Assembly: GCA_964016885.1 (NCBI GenBank)
Contig: OZ024745.1
Span: forward strand, 41,664,001 to 41,728,000
DNA from: Eledone cirrhosa
Lineage: Eukaryota
Reading direction: 5' to 3'
DNA length: 64,000 nucleotides
The stretch's first letter is position 1, and every line of letters starts with the position of its first letter. Shown here one piece after another: positions 1 to 14,000 of the stretch. The position numbers and the translations under genes are program-made. The notes under the pieces are model-generated. The model saw nothing but the letters and a program-made list of their open reading frames with translations. It did not search any database and was not told the origin of the DNA.

Positions 1-80
1 TCTGCACCTTTTAATGCAGCTGTCATCCTTCATACGCATCACATGTCCATACCAACGCAACCGCCTCTCCTGCACACAGC
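1..80 (-). mobile_element. RTE-clade LINE fragment (3' part of ORF)
   Basis: Near reverse complement of 18010-18085, which translates as CCVQKRRLRWYGHVMRMKDD, a typical RTE C-terminal motif. Confidence 0.7.
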
Positions 81-699
81 ATTTGTAGAGTAGTACATTG
101 TAGTTGTATTTTCACTTATGCAACATTAGGCAACACAAGTCGAAAATGTTTGCGGTAGTCCGATACACTCAATGATGTAATCTATCTATATATACTTATG
201 GTGACGTTTTTTTACACAAACACATAATTACTCTTTAGAAATTTACTAAGTTTACTTTATCAAACTTACAGAAGTTTACAAGGTGTTGTTATCATTGTTA
301 CCTGAAGTAGCAAAATATAATCATATCGTTATCAACATTACTTAGCTTGTTTACTTCACCACCTGTCCTGTTACCTATAACTTCATTCTATTTTATTTTA
401 GAAATCCAAACTAACTGCAACTCTAAAATTGAAATACTTTTTTCATCTCTGAAATAAAATAAATGAATTTACATTTGCATGAGGACTTAGAGATGTACAT
501 ATGTAACTTTTGTTCATATGGCATGGCGGGTTAAATTTCAAAATTTCAAGAGAGACACTGTACTATATTTTTGTCTTATTTATCATAATTACTGCAGGAA
601 AATATCACCAGTCATGACAATGTCCTATCGATTTCAATTGCTTTTGATTATCGTTAAACAGTGCACCTTTTCCTCGACATAACTCTTATCCCTACCAAT

Positions 700-1110
700 C
701 TTGTTTATTTTTCCTCTATGTTGATCTTTAAAGTCATACTACAGTATATCTCATCCCCAAGGAAAGCAGCATCTCAAGCCTTACAAACTGTTGATTATCA
801 CTCACTTTTAATTTCTCAAAAGTAATGAAAACAGTTAAGACCTTCAGTACTTCTCCTGTCTCAGCAGTCACCAGCTCCCAATAGAACCAAATCCACTAGG
901 AATTTATTCTCTTATGTCACTCATCAATGGTCTCTTGCCATTGGGAAGTTCAGCCAGAGCCATGATGTTACACTTGATATCTGCAAATCTTTTGACAAGG
1001 TTTGTCCTCCAAATCTGGTTATACTACCCACCTGTATGTTTTGTCGAAGTCTCATCTGTAGCACCAGAAGCTTCTTGTCAAAGAGCACAATTACACTATG
1101 TACTAATGGA
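700..1110 (+). mobile_element. Degraded non-LTR reverse transcriptase fragment
   Basis: GTTACACTTGATATCTGCAAATCTTTTGACAAG at about 967-1000 reads VTLDICKSFDK, resembling the LINE RT LDxxKAFD motif; boundaries approximate. Confidence 0.4.
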
Positions 1111-1116
1111 GTTCAT

Positions 1117-1291
1117 TATCGGTAGAGAGTCAGACGCCATGCTTTGCAGCAAAGAGTTACGTCCCTTTATGATCTGAGTTCAAATCCCGCCGAAGTTAAC
1201 TTTGCCTTTCATCCTTACGGGGTCGATAAAATAAAGTATCAGTAATGTACTGGGTAATTGCTGGCCTTGTGCCTAAAATAGAAACAATTAT
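1117..1291 (+). mobile_element. tRNA-derived SINE family A (Meta/MESC-like central domain)
   Basis: B box GAGTTCAAATCC, core TTTGCCTTTCATCCTTACGGGGTCGATAAAATAAAGTA, tail GGCCTTGTGCCTAAAATAGAAACAATTA; 15 or more copies in window. Confidence 0.9.
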
Positions 1292-1931
1292 AACCTACAC
1301 TAAATTTATTGTGTGCAGCAGGCATAGCTGTGAAATTGAGAAATTCATATCACATTTTAGGTTTTATCCTACATGGCACATTGTGCAAGTATTTTCAACA
1401 TACCCTAAAAACTAGTGAGTGATACTTAGGAGATGGAAATTGGCTGGTAGTTTGTCAGAGGGACTATTCTCGTGTGGTCAGTAGTGGAATATATTGACTT
1501 ACTCTGTGAAAAAAATAAAATCTAACTTGGTGTGACAAATTGAGAGGACTCCTTAGTTTTGTCAAAGGCATGACACCCTCTCTAGTGCTGGTGCCAGGAT
1601 AAAAGTTGTTCGAGTTACAAAGGCTTTGCAATTGTAGAAACCCTACCAAAATTTAAAATGTGTGAGGATGTGGTTCTCCGACCTGTCTAGGAGAGCAGTA
1701 ACTCCAAATACGAGCTCTTTCAAACTGCAATAACCTGTCCAACCCATGCCAGCATGGAAAGCAGATATAGAATGATAATGATGAACTCTTCATCAAAGAG
1801 TGAAGGGATCTACTAAAAGCATAAGGCTTTACCTTAAACTCATGGTGAACTTATTTATTTATTAGTTGTTTTTTTACTCTGCTTTTGTTTTCATTGTTTT
1901 TATGTTTGTTTATTTTTAGTTGTGATCAAAA

Positions 1932-2045
1932 ATGAATTCCAGTGTGACTGCCCTGTGTGAGCAGCTGGTGTCTGTGGGCTATATACAACAAGGGACTCAA
2001 GCCCGGCAACATCACGAAGCCAAACTGAAGGAACTTTTACAACAT
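1932..2045 (+). CDS. SEPSECS: SepSecS coding exon 1 (MNSSV...LLQH)
   Basis: ATG 1932, donor GTAGG at 2046. A T-rich tract ending in TAG at 1919 suggests a non-coding exon further upstream. Confidence 0.9.
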
Positions 2046-5000
2046 GTAGGCATTTGTAATTTTTACTTTTCTTTTGCTCAAAAAATATCTGACTTCAGTG
2101 TTTACTCTGAGCTCTGAGTTCAAATCTAGTTGAGGCCCACTTTGCCTTTCATCCTTTAAGAATCCTTGCCCAGGTGAGCAGTAACTCTGATTAAGGACTG
2201 ACTCACAGTGTGATGATCTGCCCAACCCATGATAGCATTGAAAGTAAATGTAAAATAATTGTTTCTACTTTAGGCACAAGGCCAGCAATCACCCAGTGCA
2301 TTACTGGTACTTTATTTTATCGACCCCGTAAGGATGAAAGGCAAAGTCAACCTCGGTGGGATTTGAACTCAGATCATAAAGGGACGTAAAATAATGATGA
2401 TAATACAACACTATTTCACTCCCTATATCCTTTATGCCATTGGTTATTGTTGATCCTATGTCGGCCCTGATCCAGCAGACCTTTCATCAGATATGTTCTA
2501 GTCATGACCATGGCTGTGTGGGTAAGAAGTTTGCTTTACAACCACTTGGTTCCAGGTTCACCTCCACTATATGGAACCTGTGACAAGTGTCTTCTACTAT
2601 AGCTTTAGGTTGACCAAATCCTTGTAAGTAAAATTTAGTAGATGGAAACCATGGAAGCCCATCATAAATATCTACATGTGTGAGTGTCTGATTCAACAAC
2701 AGAGATTGATAAAATAAGAACCAGACATGTTAAAAATAAGTACTAGGTTTGATGAAACTGACTAAATCCCTTTAAGGTGGTAACCCAGCATAGCTTCAAG
2801 CAAATGACTGAAACCAGTAAAAGAATTGTCTCTACTAATGTATACTTTCAGCGGAAACTTCCTCAAGATGGCTGGGATGATCTCACCATAGAACTTGTTC
2901 TACATGAGCTTGCTGTGATGGACAGCAACAACTTTATGGGTAACTGTGGGGTCGGAGAACGAGAAGCCAGATTAGCATCACAACTAGTTGCTAAGCGACA
3001 CTATAGGTAACACAGTAATACATCTCAGTTGTTTTTTTTATTTTTGTGGCAGGGCCAGGGTTTCTCTTACTCTTATTCATCATCATCATTTCTATTGTCA
3101 ACTTTTCCATGCTGGCATAGGTTGGACCGAATTTTTTGTGGCAATGTTTTACAGCTGGATGCCCTTCCTGACACCAACCCTTTTAGTTACTTCTCACAAC
3201 TCACAGAGATATGGCATACCTACTCTAAACCAGAAAAGCATCCAACTGCTGAAACCATGCAACAAATGGAATGAATGAGCAAAACATAGTTCTCTGACCT
3301 GACTAGTCACAGTCAGGAGCAACCCATGCCAGTATGGAAAATGGATATAAAATGATGATGATGATGTAATTTCAGCTTTTATTGTTGTTCTTTAGCCACT
3401 GATCAACCCCGATCAAACATACCTATAATCATCCCATATTTTTCCTGTGTGCAGGAACCTTAGTGCAAATTTATCCTACATCTATCTACTTTGTAGCCAT
3501 GGATATACTATGATGATAGATACTCTGTTAATTTCAACAATGACCATTGTCTCTTGATCAACTGAACATCCAACTCATGAATTAACATGAAAGTGGTTGT
3601 GTATTCCACCTGATACATGTACCCTTAATGCAATTCCCAGGTAGTATCAGTGCAACTCAATATATAACAAGGCTAGATCTTTAATTACATGTCCAATCCA
3701 TCTGGATACTCTTTGTAATGCCAGCCACTTTACAGATTTTACTGGGTGCATTTTATCTTGGCACCAACACCATCACTTTACAGATTATACTGAGAGTATT
3801 TTATCAAGACACCAACACTACCACTTTACAGAGTGCACTGGGTGCATTTTATTGTGGCACCAGCACTAGTGAGGTTGTCAAATTCTCAAAAAAACCCAAA
3901 GTCCTTTTCAACCCTACCTTATCTCGGTTCATTTGTTATCCACTGTACAGAGTGTCCTGGGTGCATTTTTTTCATGTTACCAAAGTATATATTAATTATA
4001 TGTCTTGTTACAGTTTTAATGGGTTTTTATTCAAGATTAGGTCATGGAATTGGTCGATCTGGAGATATTACTGCAATCCAGCCTAAAGCTGCAGGTTCCA
4101 GTGTTCTCATGAAAATAACAAACTGTTTAGCTCGTGATGTTATCAAACTAAGTGGTAAATATTTATTTGTGGAAACTCTTCTTCAATTTATACTTAGATG
4201 TTTACAGTTCTATCAACATAGCTGTTTTGATAAAGTTGTTTATTGTTCTTTTATCATATTTCTCTTGTTTACTGTTATGTCAACATATCCATGTTGATAA
4301 AGTTATATACTGTTCTATCAACATATCCTTGTTGATAAAAATATTTACTGTCAATATAGCTTTGTTATTTGCAAGTTCATCAACATAAATTTGTTGTTTA
4401 CTGTTATGTCAATATATTTTTTTTGTTTGTTAAAGTTGTATACTGTTCTATTAAAATAGCTTTGTTATAGAGTTGTTTGTCTGTCACCATATCCTTGTTA
4501 ATAGAAGTGTTTGCTGTTTCATCAACACAACTTTGTTGGTTACTGTTATGTTAATATAGTTTTGTCAATAAAGTTTATTATTTTGTCAAAATACCTCAGG
4601 TCATAAAGATATTTACTGTTATGTTAATATAGCTGCATTGATAAATATGTTTACCATTCTGTTAACATAGATGTGTTGATAAAGATGTTTGCTGTTCTGT
4701 CAACATATTTCTGTTGTTTATTGTTCTGTCAGAATAATTTTGTCTATATAATTTGTTTATTCGTCTGTCAACATAACTTGTTGATAAATATGTTTAGTGT
4801 TCTGTTTATGTAGCTGTTATGGAAAAGTTATTTGCTGTGTTGTCAAAAAAGTTCTATACTATTCTGTCAACAAGACTTTAGAATAATGTTACTCAATAGA
4901 GTGCATAACATGGACATCGGAGAATCACTCCAGGTAGAGACGCTACTTCTCCGAATTGAGAGATCACAGCTCTAATACTATAGCCATGTGGTTAGAATGT

Positions 5001-8000
5001 CTCAAGAAAGAATTGCTGGACAGATTTTACAGGCAAAACCAACTGGCAGGAGACCCAAGGGTAGATCCCAAGCAAGATGTTTAGATAACATACATGAGCT
5101 TGGCTAGTCTCGCTTGGGGATCCAGCCAGATCAGTTGGAAAGCGTTGCTTCTGTTTGAGGCCTCTGACAGCACAACTCTCTCAGAAATAAGTGGGTGAAG
5201 AAGAAGTAAATATAATGCACTTTTTTGCAATATCTTTTTTAAAAATTAGTTTTGAACATTCACAGAAAATTTCATGTTTTTATCTTTATTATTTATAAAC
5301 TTAGAGGAATTTTTGTATGGGCATGTTAAATAACTAACGATTTTCACTATTCAGCTTAGGGATCTAGTGTCAAGATATCACTATGTTGTTCGGGGAGGTA
5401 ATCAGTGGTAACTGTCAGAAAGAGTTAAGTACCAGTAATATAATATAGTCATCTCAGTCTATTAGAGCACCACATCAACTCTCTCAAGAACAATGTGGAT
5501 TAACTAAATGAAATGACTATTTAATCAATATTTTTCAGGTGTGCATTCTGTGCAGAATTGTTTTGTTGTACCTGTAGCCACAGGTATGGCCCTGGTTTTG
5601 TGCATGTTGACCTTTAAACAACACCGTCCTCAAGCCAAATATGTCCTTTGGCCCCGAATTGACCAGAAGTCTTGTTTCAAGTCAATTGTTACTGCAGGTC
5701 AGTTTTCATCTATTTAGATTTAAATTTATTTCACTTTTTAAACTACATCATACCCTCCCTCATCATATCTGTGTAAATCTCTGAATATCTCATAACCTCC
5801 ATCATAGTTGTGTAAATCTCTAAATATCTCATATGTGTGTAAATCCCTGAATATTTCATAACTTTCTCATATTTGTGTAAATCTCTAAATATGTCATAAC
5901 CTCCAACATAACTGTATAAATCTTTGTATATGTTGTATCTTCATCATATCTGTTTAAGTCTCTGAATATGTCATACCTTCATCATCATCATCTGTATGCA
6001 TGTGTCATAACTGAAGGGTCATCTCAAGCCTTTCTTCCGTGGTTTCTATGGCTGGAATCCCTTCCTAACACCACCCACTTTATATCACCTCCATCATCAG
6101 CTTCTCCAACACTACTGCCACCATTAGTTTCACCACAACAACCACTACCATCATCATCACTACCTTCACCATCATCACCATCACCATTGTTCTTTTATCT
6201 GCCTACCATGTGTGACTGATAAATAATATTTTTTTAATACGTGGTCAGGTTTCCAGCCAGTGGTCATTGAGAATATATTGGTAGGAGATGAACTAAGGAC
6301 TGACCTCATTACTCTAACTGAACAGATTATAACCCTGGGTAAGGACAACATTGCCTGTGTCATGTCCACAACCAGCTGCTTTGCACCCCGAGCACCAGAT
6401 AGGTATGTGGCACCTTTATTGCAGTTTTTCTTTCTGTATAAATGTTGCTTTATAATATCTTGTTCTGTTGTTGTTGTTGGTGATGAGGGTGCAGCTGCTG
6501 CTGTTAGCATTGTTGGTTTTGTATACTATGCATGCATGGGCCCGTAACAACTGAGGAAGTTGTAGGGGTGCTGTATTGACATTCAGCGTTTCTAGGTCAT
6601 TTTGCTTTTAACCTGCCAGAGCCTATCTCTCTAGATCAGAATACAGCAGATTTCTCCCAGAAAATAATAGAGTAAGAGAATGGACGTGAGAAAGAGATAT
6701 AGAGGAAGAATCGACCTCAGTAGTTGACTGGTACTTTTTTTATCGACCTTGAATGGATGAAAGCCAAAATTGACCTCGGCGGGATTTGAACTCAGAGAGC
6801 AGAGAGCCGAAACAAATACCGCAAAGCATGCTATTCGACTTCCTAACGATTCTGCCAATTCGCCGCTTTCTTTGTGTAGTATTTAAATCAGCAAGACATA
6901 GGTTACAAGGGAGGTAACTCTGATAATAAGTGTAGTAACTCATGACCATTCAATAAAAAAGTTTGAGAAAAGGGTTTCTTTTAAGGACAATCCGATGACT
7001 GAAGCCAGTAAAAGAGTAAATTACCAAAGGTACTGCTAAATAGGTGGGGTTAGTTATAAGTTTATCAATATTTCTTGTTGGAACTGGAACTTCATCTCTA
7101 GTCTAACCCTTTTGGAGCCAACTGGATTAAAATCGCTCAAGTTCTATAACACAACTATTTATATTAACCCTTTTATGTGCATATTTCTCATAAAATACAC
7201 TTTATTTCATTCAATTATTGAAAGACTTTGAGGAATTTACTAAAATGATTACTTTGTGACCAAAATTCCAGGGACACATGCGCCCTAAACATAGTTTGCA
7301 GGGAGATTCTGTATGACAGTGTGATAAGGCTGGCTCCTTGAATTACAGATAAAACTTATTTTTGCCAACTGATTTGATTTGAGCAATGTAAAAATAAATT
7401 GTTTACTTCAAGGACACAATGTAGCAACTGGTCCCAAGTATTGACCTTACGATTGTGAAGCAAACACCTAACCACTAAACTAGGCACCTTCACAATATAT
7501 ATATATATTTGAGGATGGTGCATCCTCACCATCATCAATATTCACTGGAGTGACTTCATCACCAATGTTGAAGTCCTTGAACAGGCAGAGCTTACCAGCA
7601 TCAAGGCCATGCTGCTGAAGTCCCAGACATAGAAAGCTTTCCAAATGAAGGGTTAGGAGGACGTTTCTGTTGTGGCAAAGACATGACAATCTGCCTAGTG
7701 GTGGTGTCATGCTAAATATACACTCAACAGAGTGCAGAACCATATGTGAGATGCAGGACTCCAGCTCATCTGAAAGGTTGGTAGACCCATTCAACCCTTA
7801 CTAGCTGTAAAAACATACATGAGGATGATATATATGTGTGTGTTTGTAAGGCAGTCAATTCGCAGTTTTTAGAGTACTGGATATTTGTTTCAGCTCTGTG
7901 CATTCTGAGTTCAAATCCTGATAAGGTCTACTTTACAAACCCAGTGCTCATCCAGTTGTTACATACTGGATATTTTGCTGGATCAAATGAGAGAGGGTCA

Positions 8001-11000
8001 CGAGAATGTTTGTGTCTGCTCACAACTGCATGGGCTCCTAAAGCTCTGAGAAAAAGTATGATACATACTATCAAGTCATACTTGATTGCAAGTGATGGCT
8101 GCATTAATTTATATAAAAGTGGTCGTGAAGGTGTCACAACAAAAAGCACCCAACATATACTGAAAACGTGGTTGGCGTTAAGAAGGGCATCCAGCCATAG
8201 AAACCAGGCCAGAAACAGTTTTGTATGAGCAAGAACACTGTCACCTGACCCCATCATGCCTCAAACAAGACAACTCGTCTAACCCATGCTAGAGTGGGAA
8301 ATATACGTTAAACAATGTATTTAACTATCTATCTGTAGACTAGAAGAAATTGCTAAACTGTGCAAAGACAACAACATTCCACATTTGGTAAACAATGCTT
8401 ATGGAATCCAGGCGTCTAAATGTACACATTTACTGGAACAGGTTAGTGCATACACAAATTTCTTTTTCCTTATGGTGATGAACCAGAAGCTCGTGATAGT
8501 GGTATTTTGTTTATTCTTGTTTTTGTGGTCCTTTTGCTCATGGTCACAATGATGTTGTTATAATTGTTGTAGTTGTTATACTTGTCTTCTTGGTCAGTTC
8601 TGCGTGAGTGGACTAAATGAACAAAGTTAGTTTAGGGATATAGTTAAAATAAGATAAAACTGCAGTAGTATGACCACTAACTGACCCAGCAATTATGCAG
8701 CCACTATTCTAACTGAAGTTGTTCTATCTCTATTGTGCAGAATGTTATCCTAAATTTTAGCACTGAATGCCTTCTTTAGACAGGCTTATGATAGTGAGGT
8801 AGTCAGTCTTAAAGAAACATTCATTTAGCATGGAAGTGCATTCAGCTGTATAAATCATGCCAAAAATGTAATTTACAAGCCAGACATAGTCGTTCAGCCC
8901 GTTTATTTTCATTATTAATAATAATAATAATAATCTGATGTTACTTTTTTTTATTCCAGGCCGCACGTGTTGGTAGAGTCGATGCTTTTGTCCAGAGCAC
9001 TGATAAAAACTTCATGGTCCCCGTTGGGGGCTCAATCATTGCAGGCTTTGACAAAAATTTCATTGATGAAATTGGCAAAATGTATCCAGGTAAGTACTTC
9101 ACTCTTTGTTCTCAACTTAACCCTTTTCATTACCATATTGCTAATAAAAGACATTGCCCATGATTTTCAAATAATTTTGAAAATCATCAAGAATATGGAG
9201 GAATTTAGTATAACTTACTCATTATTAAGCTGGTCTTTCAAACATAACTTAATAAAATTTCTTACAAGAAATTATGATGAAAGGTTTTAGGAGGAAATAG
9301 CAATTATCATCAAGTCCAAATTAATGAGATTGAGATCGTGTAGGTGTCACAACAAAAAAAAAACACACAGTCCACGCTGTAATGTGGCCATGTAGGTAAC
9401 ACGGTAAAAAGTTCCCGGTCCACACTGTAAATGTGGTTGGTGTTAGGAAGGGCATCCAGCCGTAGAAAACCTGCCAGATAGTCCTATACGAGCGGGACAC
9501 GGTCACCCGACCAACCTTGCCTCAAATTGGGACAACTCCCGTCTAACCCATGCTAGCGTGGAAGATAGACGTTAAAGGATGATGACGATGATGATGAATG
9601 GTTTGGGGGTAAAATAAGTAGTTTTGTATTGTAAAACCAGGGACATATGTTATCATTCATCATGAATGATGATATAAATGCCACAGGTTTTAGAATAATA
9701 TATATATATATTTTCACACTGTAAATGTGGTTGGTGTTAGGAAGGGCATCAAGCTGTAGAAAACCTGCCAGAAACAGTTCTGTATGAACGAGACATGGTC
9801 ACCTGACCAATCTTGCCTCAAGTGGGACAAACTCGTCCAACCCATGCTAGCATGATAGATGGACATTAAACGATGATGATGATGATATATAGCTGAGATA
9901 ATAATGCCATGATCACAACTTAAAATATTCATAGCATTACTCTTGTGTATTCATATACATCACTGTTATGAGCCATGCTATGTCAGTGCTACTGCTAATT
10001 AAACCTAGCCAGTCAAGTTCACACTATATGCACTCATCCAGTGAATGTTCATATCCAAAACCGTATGTAAGCTTTAGCTTATTCTTGTCTCAATACCAAG
10101 TGAGTAAATATCTTCAATGAAGGAAAAAAATCCAGAAACACATCTGGCATTCTTACTGCAACATCTCAAAATATTCATAGCCAACTTCCTGTGTTTATTA
10201 TTCATAAAAATGTGTCATTTGATTATATCCTGCAGCTTACCAATTTGATGAGTGAAAATTAATGCAATAAGTACCATACTTAAAAAGAAACAATAAGGGT
10301 TGCTCTCAAGAAGGGCGTTTAGCCATAGAATACTGCCACTAAAACCTTTTATCCAATCTATGCTAGCATGGAAAAGTTAATGTAAAGACAATGATGATGA
10401 TAATGATTTCTACTTTAGGCCAGCAATTTTGAGGGAGGGGAAAGTTGATTAAATTGACCCTCAGTGCATGACTGGTACTTTATTTTATCGACCCCGTAAG
10501 GATGAAAGGCAAAATTAACCTCAGACCATAAAGGGACGTAACTCTATGCTGCCAAACGTGGTGTCCAACTCTCTACCGATACTGCCAATCCACTGCCCTA
10601 CAATGATGAAGATAATATTTGTTTAATATATTTTCCATCCAGGCAGGGCCTCTTCAACCCCGACAATTGATCTCTTCATCACACTTCTGTCTCTTGGTTC
10701 CACTGGTTATATGAAACTTCTGAAAGACAGGAAAGAAATGTTTGTCTATCTGAAGAATGCCCTTTCATCCTGTGCCAAGAAACATGGTCAAGAACTCTTG
10801 ACTGTCAACAATAACCAAATTTCGATGGGTAAGTTACAGGGCTTTTAAGTGATTATCTCATTAGCAACTACTACTACTGCTGTTCCTGCTACTACTATTA
10901 CCTCCGCTAGAACAAAAGGATGGTGATATCATCTAAAAAACATAGCGCAATGAGACTATTTGCTTGCAAACGAATCAAATATTATTATTCGATATAAAAC

Positions 11001-14000
11001 TCACGAATGTATTTAATATGGTTATAGTGTTAAGTTTGCATGAATCACTACTCGGAATTTCTCATTATTGAGAACCAAGAATAGCAACCCATGTAGACTC
11101 ATATACATACATAACCCTTTCAGAATTTTTCATACCTTGTGCTAGTTTCCTTAGATTAGAATGTTTCACTTCATATTTGTCCTGTAGCAACTGCTGACCT
11201 ACATCTATGACTGCCAAACTTTTTCACTGCCAGGGACCCTGTTCCTTTAAATGAATTTTTGCATGAGCCCCAGGTGTTTGAATGGCATGTCTACTCAACA
11301 AACTCATAGATCCCTAGAAGTCTGTGGACCACAGCTGGCCTGTACAGATCAGATATAATTTCATAACTCAGCTGTTTTTTTTCTGCTCCCTATGAAGCAT
11401 TGGGCAACAAAAGATATCCACCTAGCATGATTACAATACCTGTCACAAGCATGCTTGCAGCCGATGTCTGTTAGGTCCTCCTCCACAGACCTCAAATCCT
11501 ATGAGCTTGCCCTTCCCCACACTTCTGCCTTCCACAGGTCTCTTTGTGGGCATGCATAGTACTTAGATAAGCATCTTCCAGTGAAGGTATCTTGTAGATT
11601 AGTCAACTTAATCTATTCCATGACCTTTTCACACCAAGAAATTCTTAGTAGGTCCAAAGGTAACGTGGAAGACATCTGCAGTTATGTGAACATGGAAACA
11701 ACATGATAATGCGTAGACACCTCAATATGAGTGTGAAAAGGAATTGAAGAACGGTCAAGAGGATATGACTTAAGGGCAACTTACAGACTTTTGTAAAATC
11801 TACCGAAAATCTCCTTTGGAAAAAAAAAAAGATTGCTTCTCTCATTATTATATATTTATTTAATATTTTAAATGACAGTGTAAAGCAGATACTACATGCA
11901 GAGATAATTCCAGGAATACAATAGAAAATCAGAAAACAGTACAGCCCCCATGACTTTCAGAAACATTTTTGCATGCTCAGAGTTGCTGAAGCACGGATCA
12001 CTACCTGCATTAGTTGTTAGCTGTCGAGACACTTTCAAAACTTACATGCATCTCGAAATTCACCAACACTACACCTGATCTTCCCCCTCAACACATATGC
12101 ATGCATGTGTGTGTTTGTGTGTATACTGTGACTCATACACTGTTCACTTTCCTGATATTTGTACATTATTCTATGTACTATACACTGCACCTTTGATAAG
12201 TTGTAGTCAGGAGCACTGTACGCAATCATTTTCATTATTATAGCTATTCTAACCAAACTCTCAACAGCAGGTATTAAACAAGGGTGGCTACTCTGTCAGT
12301 CAATTAGTACAAAGTGTTATGTAACTTGTATTAGAATGTTATAACAGGCACATAGTTTTAATTCACGTCATATCTACTTTTCTGTTAACTGCATTCAACC
12401 TCAAGTGTGAATAGAGGTCAGTGATAATTCCTTAAGATTTTCCTTCATTGATCTCAAATCCTACCCTTTGTAATCCACAGCAATGACTCTTAAATTTGAA
12501 GAGAACACAAACGTGACTGAAATTGGATCGATGCTGTTCAAACGATTTGTCTCAGGAACAAGGTATGTTAGCTCTTTACCACACATAGACATAACCATTA
12601 AATAATAAACTGTAGAAAATTTGCCTAAGTATCGAAAGGACTATTATTCAGTTATGTTAAAAGCCTGACACCCCCCCTCCCTCTACTGCCGGTGGCACAA
12701 TAAAGTGCACCCAATACACTCTGATTAAGTACTGACAATTTGTGATGACCTGTCCAGTCCTTGCTAGCAGGGATACTGGGCAATAAATGACATTTATTCT
12801 ATAATCAATTACAGTACCATACACATGCATGTCAAGTAAATTAGACTAACCATTTCAGCTATATTCTGCAGCCTATTTGACATATACAACAGGATCTAAA
12901 ATATATATGCTTTATAAAAGGTAAGTCAAAACCAAAAATTTGGTCAGACAATATTGCTGTTGTTTTTTTAATCTCATTATCATTTTAAGTCGGCCTTCCA
13001 TTCTGGCATAGATTGGATGGGTTGTTCATTTTGATTTGGGTCAATTCTAATTTTCCATGATTCAGGTGACCACATTAACTCGTAAGTTTCATATCAATAT
13101 TTAAAGCAAATGGTGACACATCCTACATTATCAATATGTCCCATGACTTGCACTCTTGCAGGATGACTTAAGCCTGGTTTTAACACACACACATAGGAAT
13201 TTCATTCTGAGATTTTTAAATTACTTATTATAGAGTAATAGGCTGGATGAAAATTAATGAGTTAATTTCTCTTCTATCTCAAACTGGTGTTTATAATATC
13301 CAACAATATCATTATCATCGTTTAACATCTGCTTTTCCTGCTATCAAGGCTTGGATGGGTCTACATAGACCAAGTCAGTACAGACCTCCCAGACAAGCCT
13401 AGAGGTCTGCATCATCTCGTTTATGTAGTCATACATTCTATCGAGTGCACAGAAGTTCTCAAATCTTTTGACAAAAACTGAAGGGTCCTCCCAGCCCCAT
13501 GTTTGGAATGATTCCTATAGCTGGATGCTCTTCCTGGCACCAACCACTTTACAGCATGTACTGGATGCTTTTATCATATAGATCGCCAGCACTAGGGAAG
13601 TTGTATCTTTGTCACAACTGAAGTGTCTTCTCAACCCTTTTAGGTATGGTTTCTACAGCAACAGCAGGGTGCCAACCACCCTTATGGAGTGTACTAGGTA
13701 AATGCACCCAGTTCACTCTGGAAAGTAGTAATGCTGGTGCCACAAGATGTATCTAGTACCCCAATAAAATGCATTCAATCCATGTAAAATGGTTGGCATT
13801 AGGTAGGACATCCAGTTATAGGAACCATGCCAAGATGGAATGTATATGCAAGACGTGGTCGTCTGACTTGTCTAATCTCAGAGCTTGACAACACAAACCA
13901 GCATGGAAAACAGACATTAAATGGTGATACTGATTCTAACCAATTTTTTTCTTTTCAATCTTTCATTGGTAGGGTGATTGCCAAAGACTCCGGTACCAAG

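Noticed and set aside
130-185. Candidate non-coding first exon of SepSecS
   Set aside because: Only a weak CpG patch and a GTAATC donor-like word; cannot be supported without transcripts
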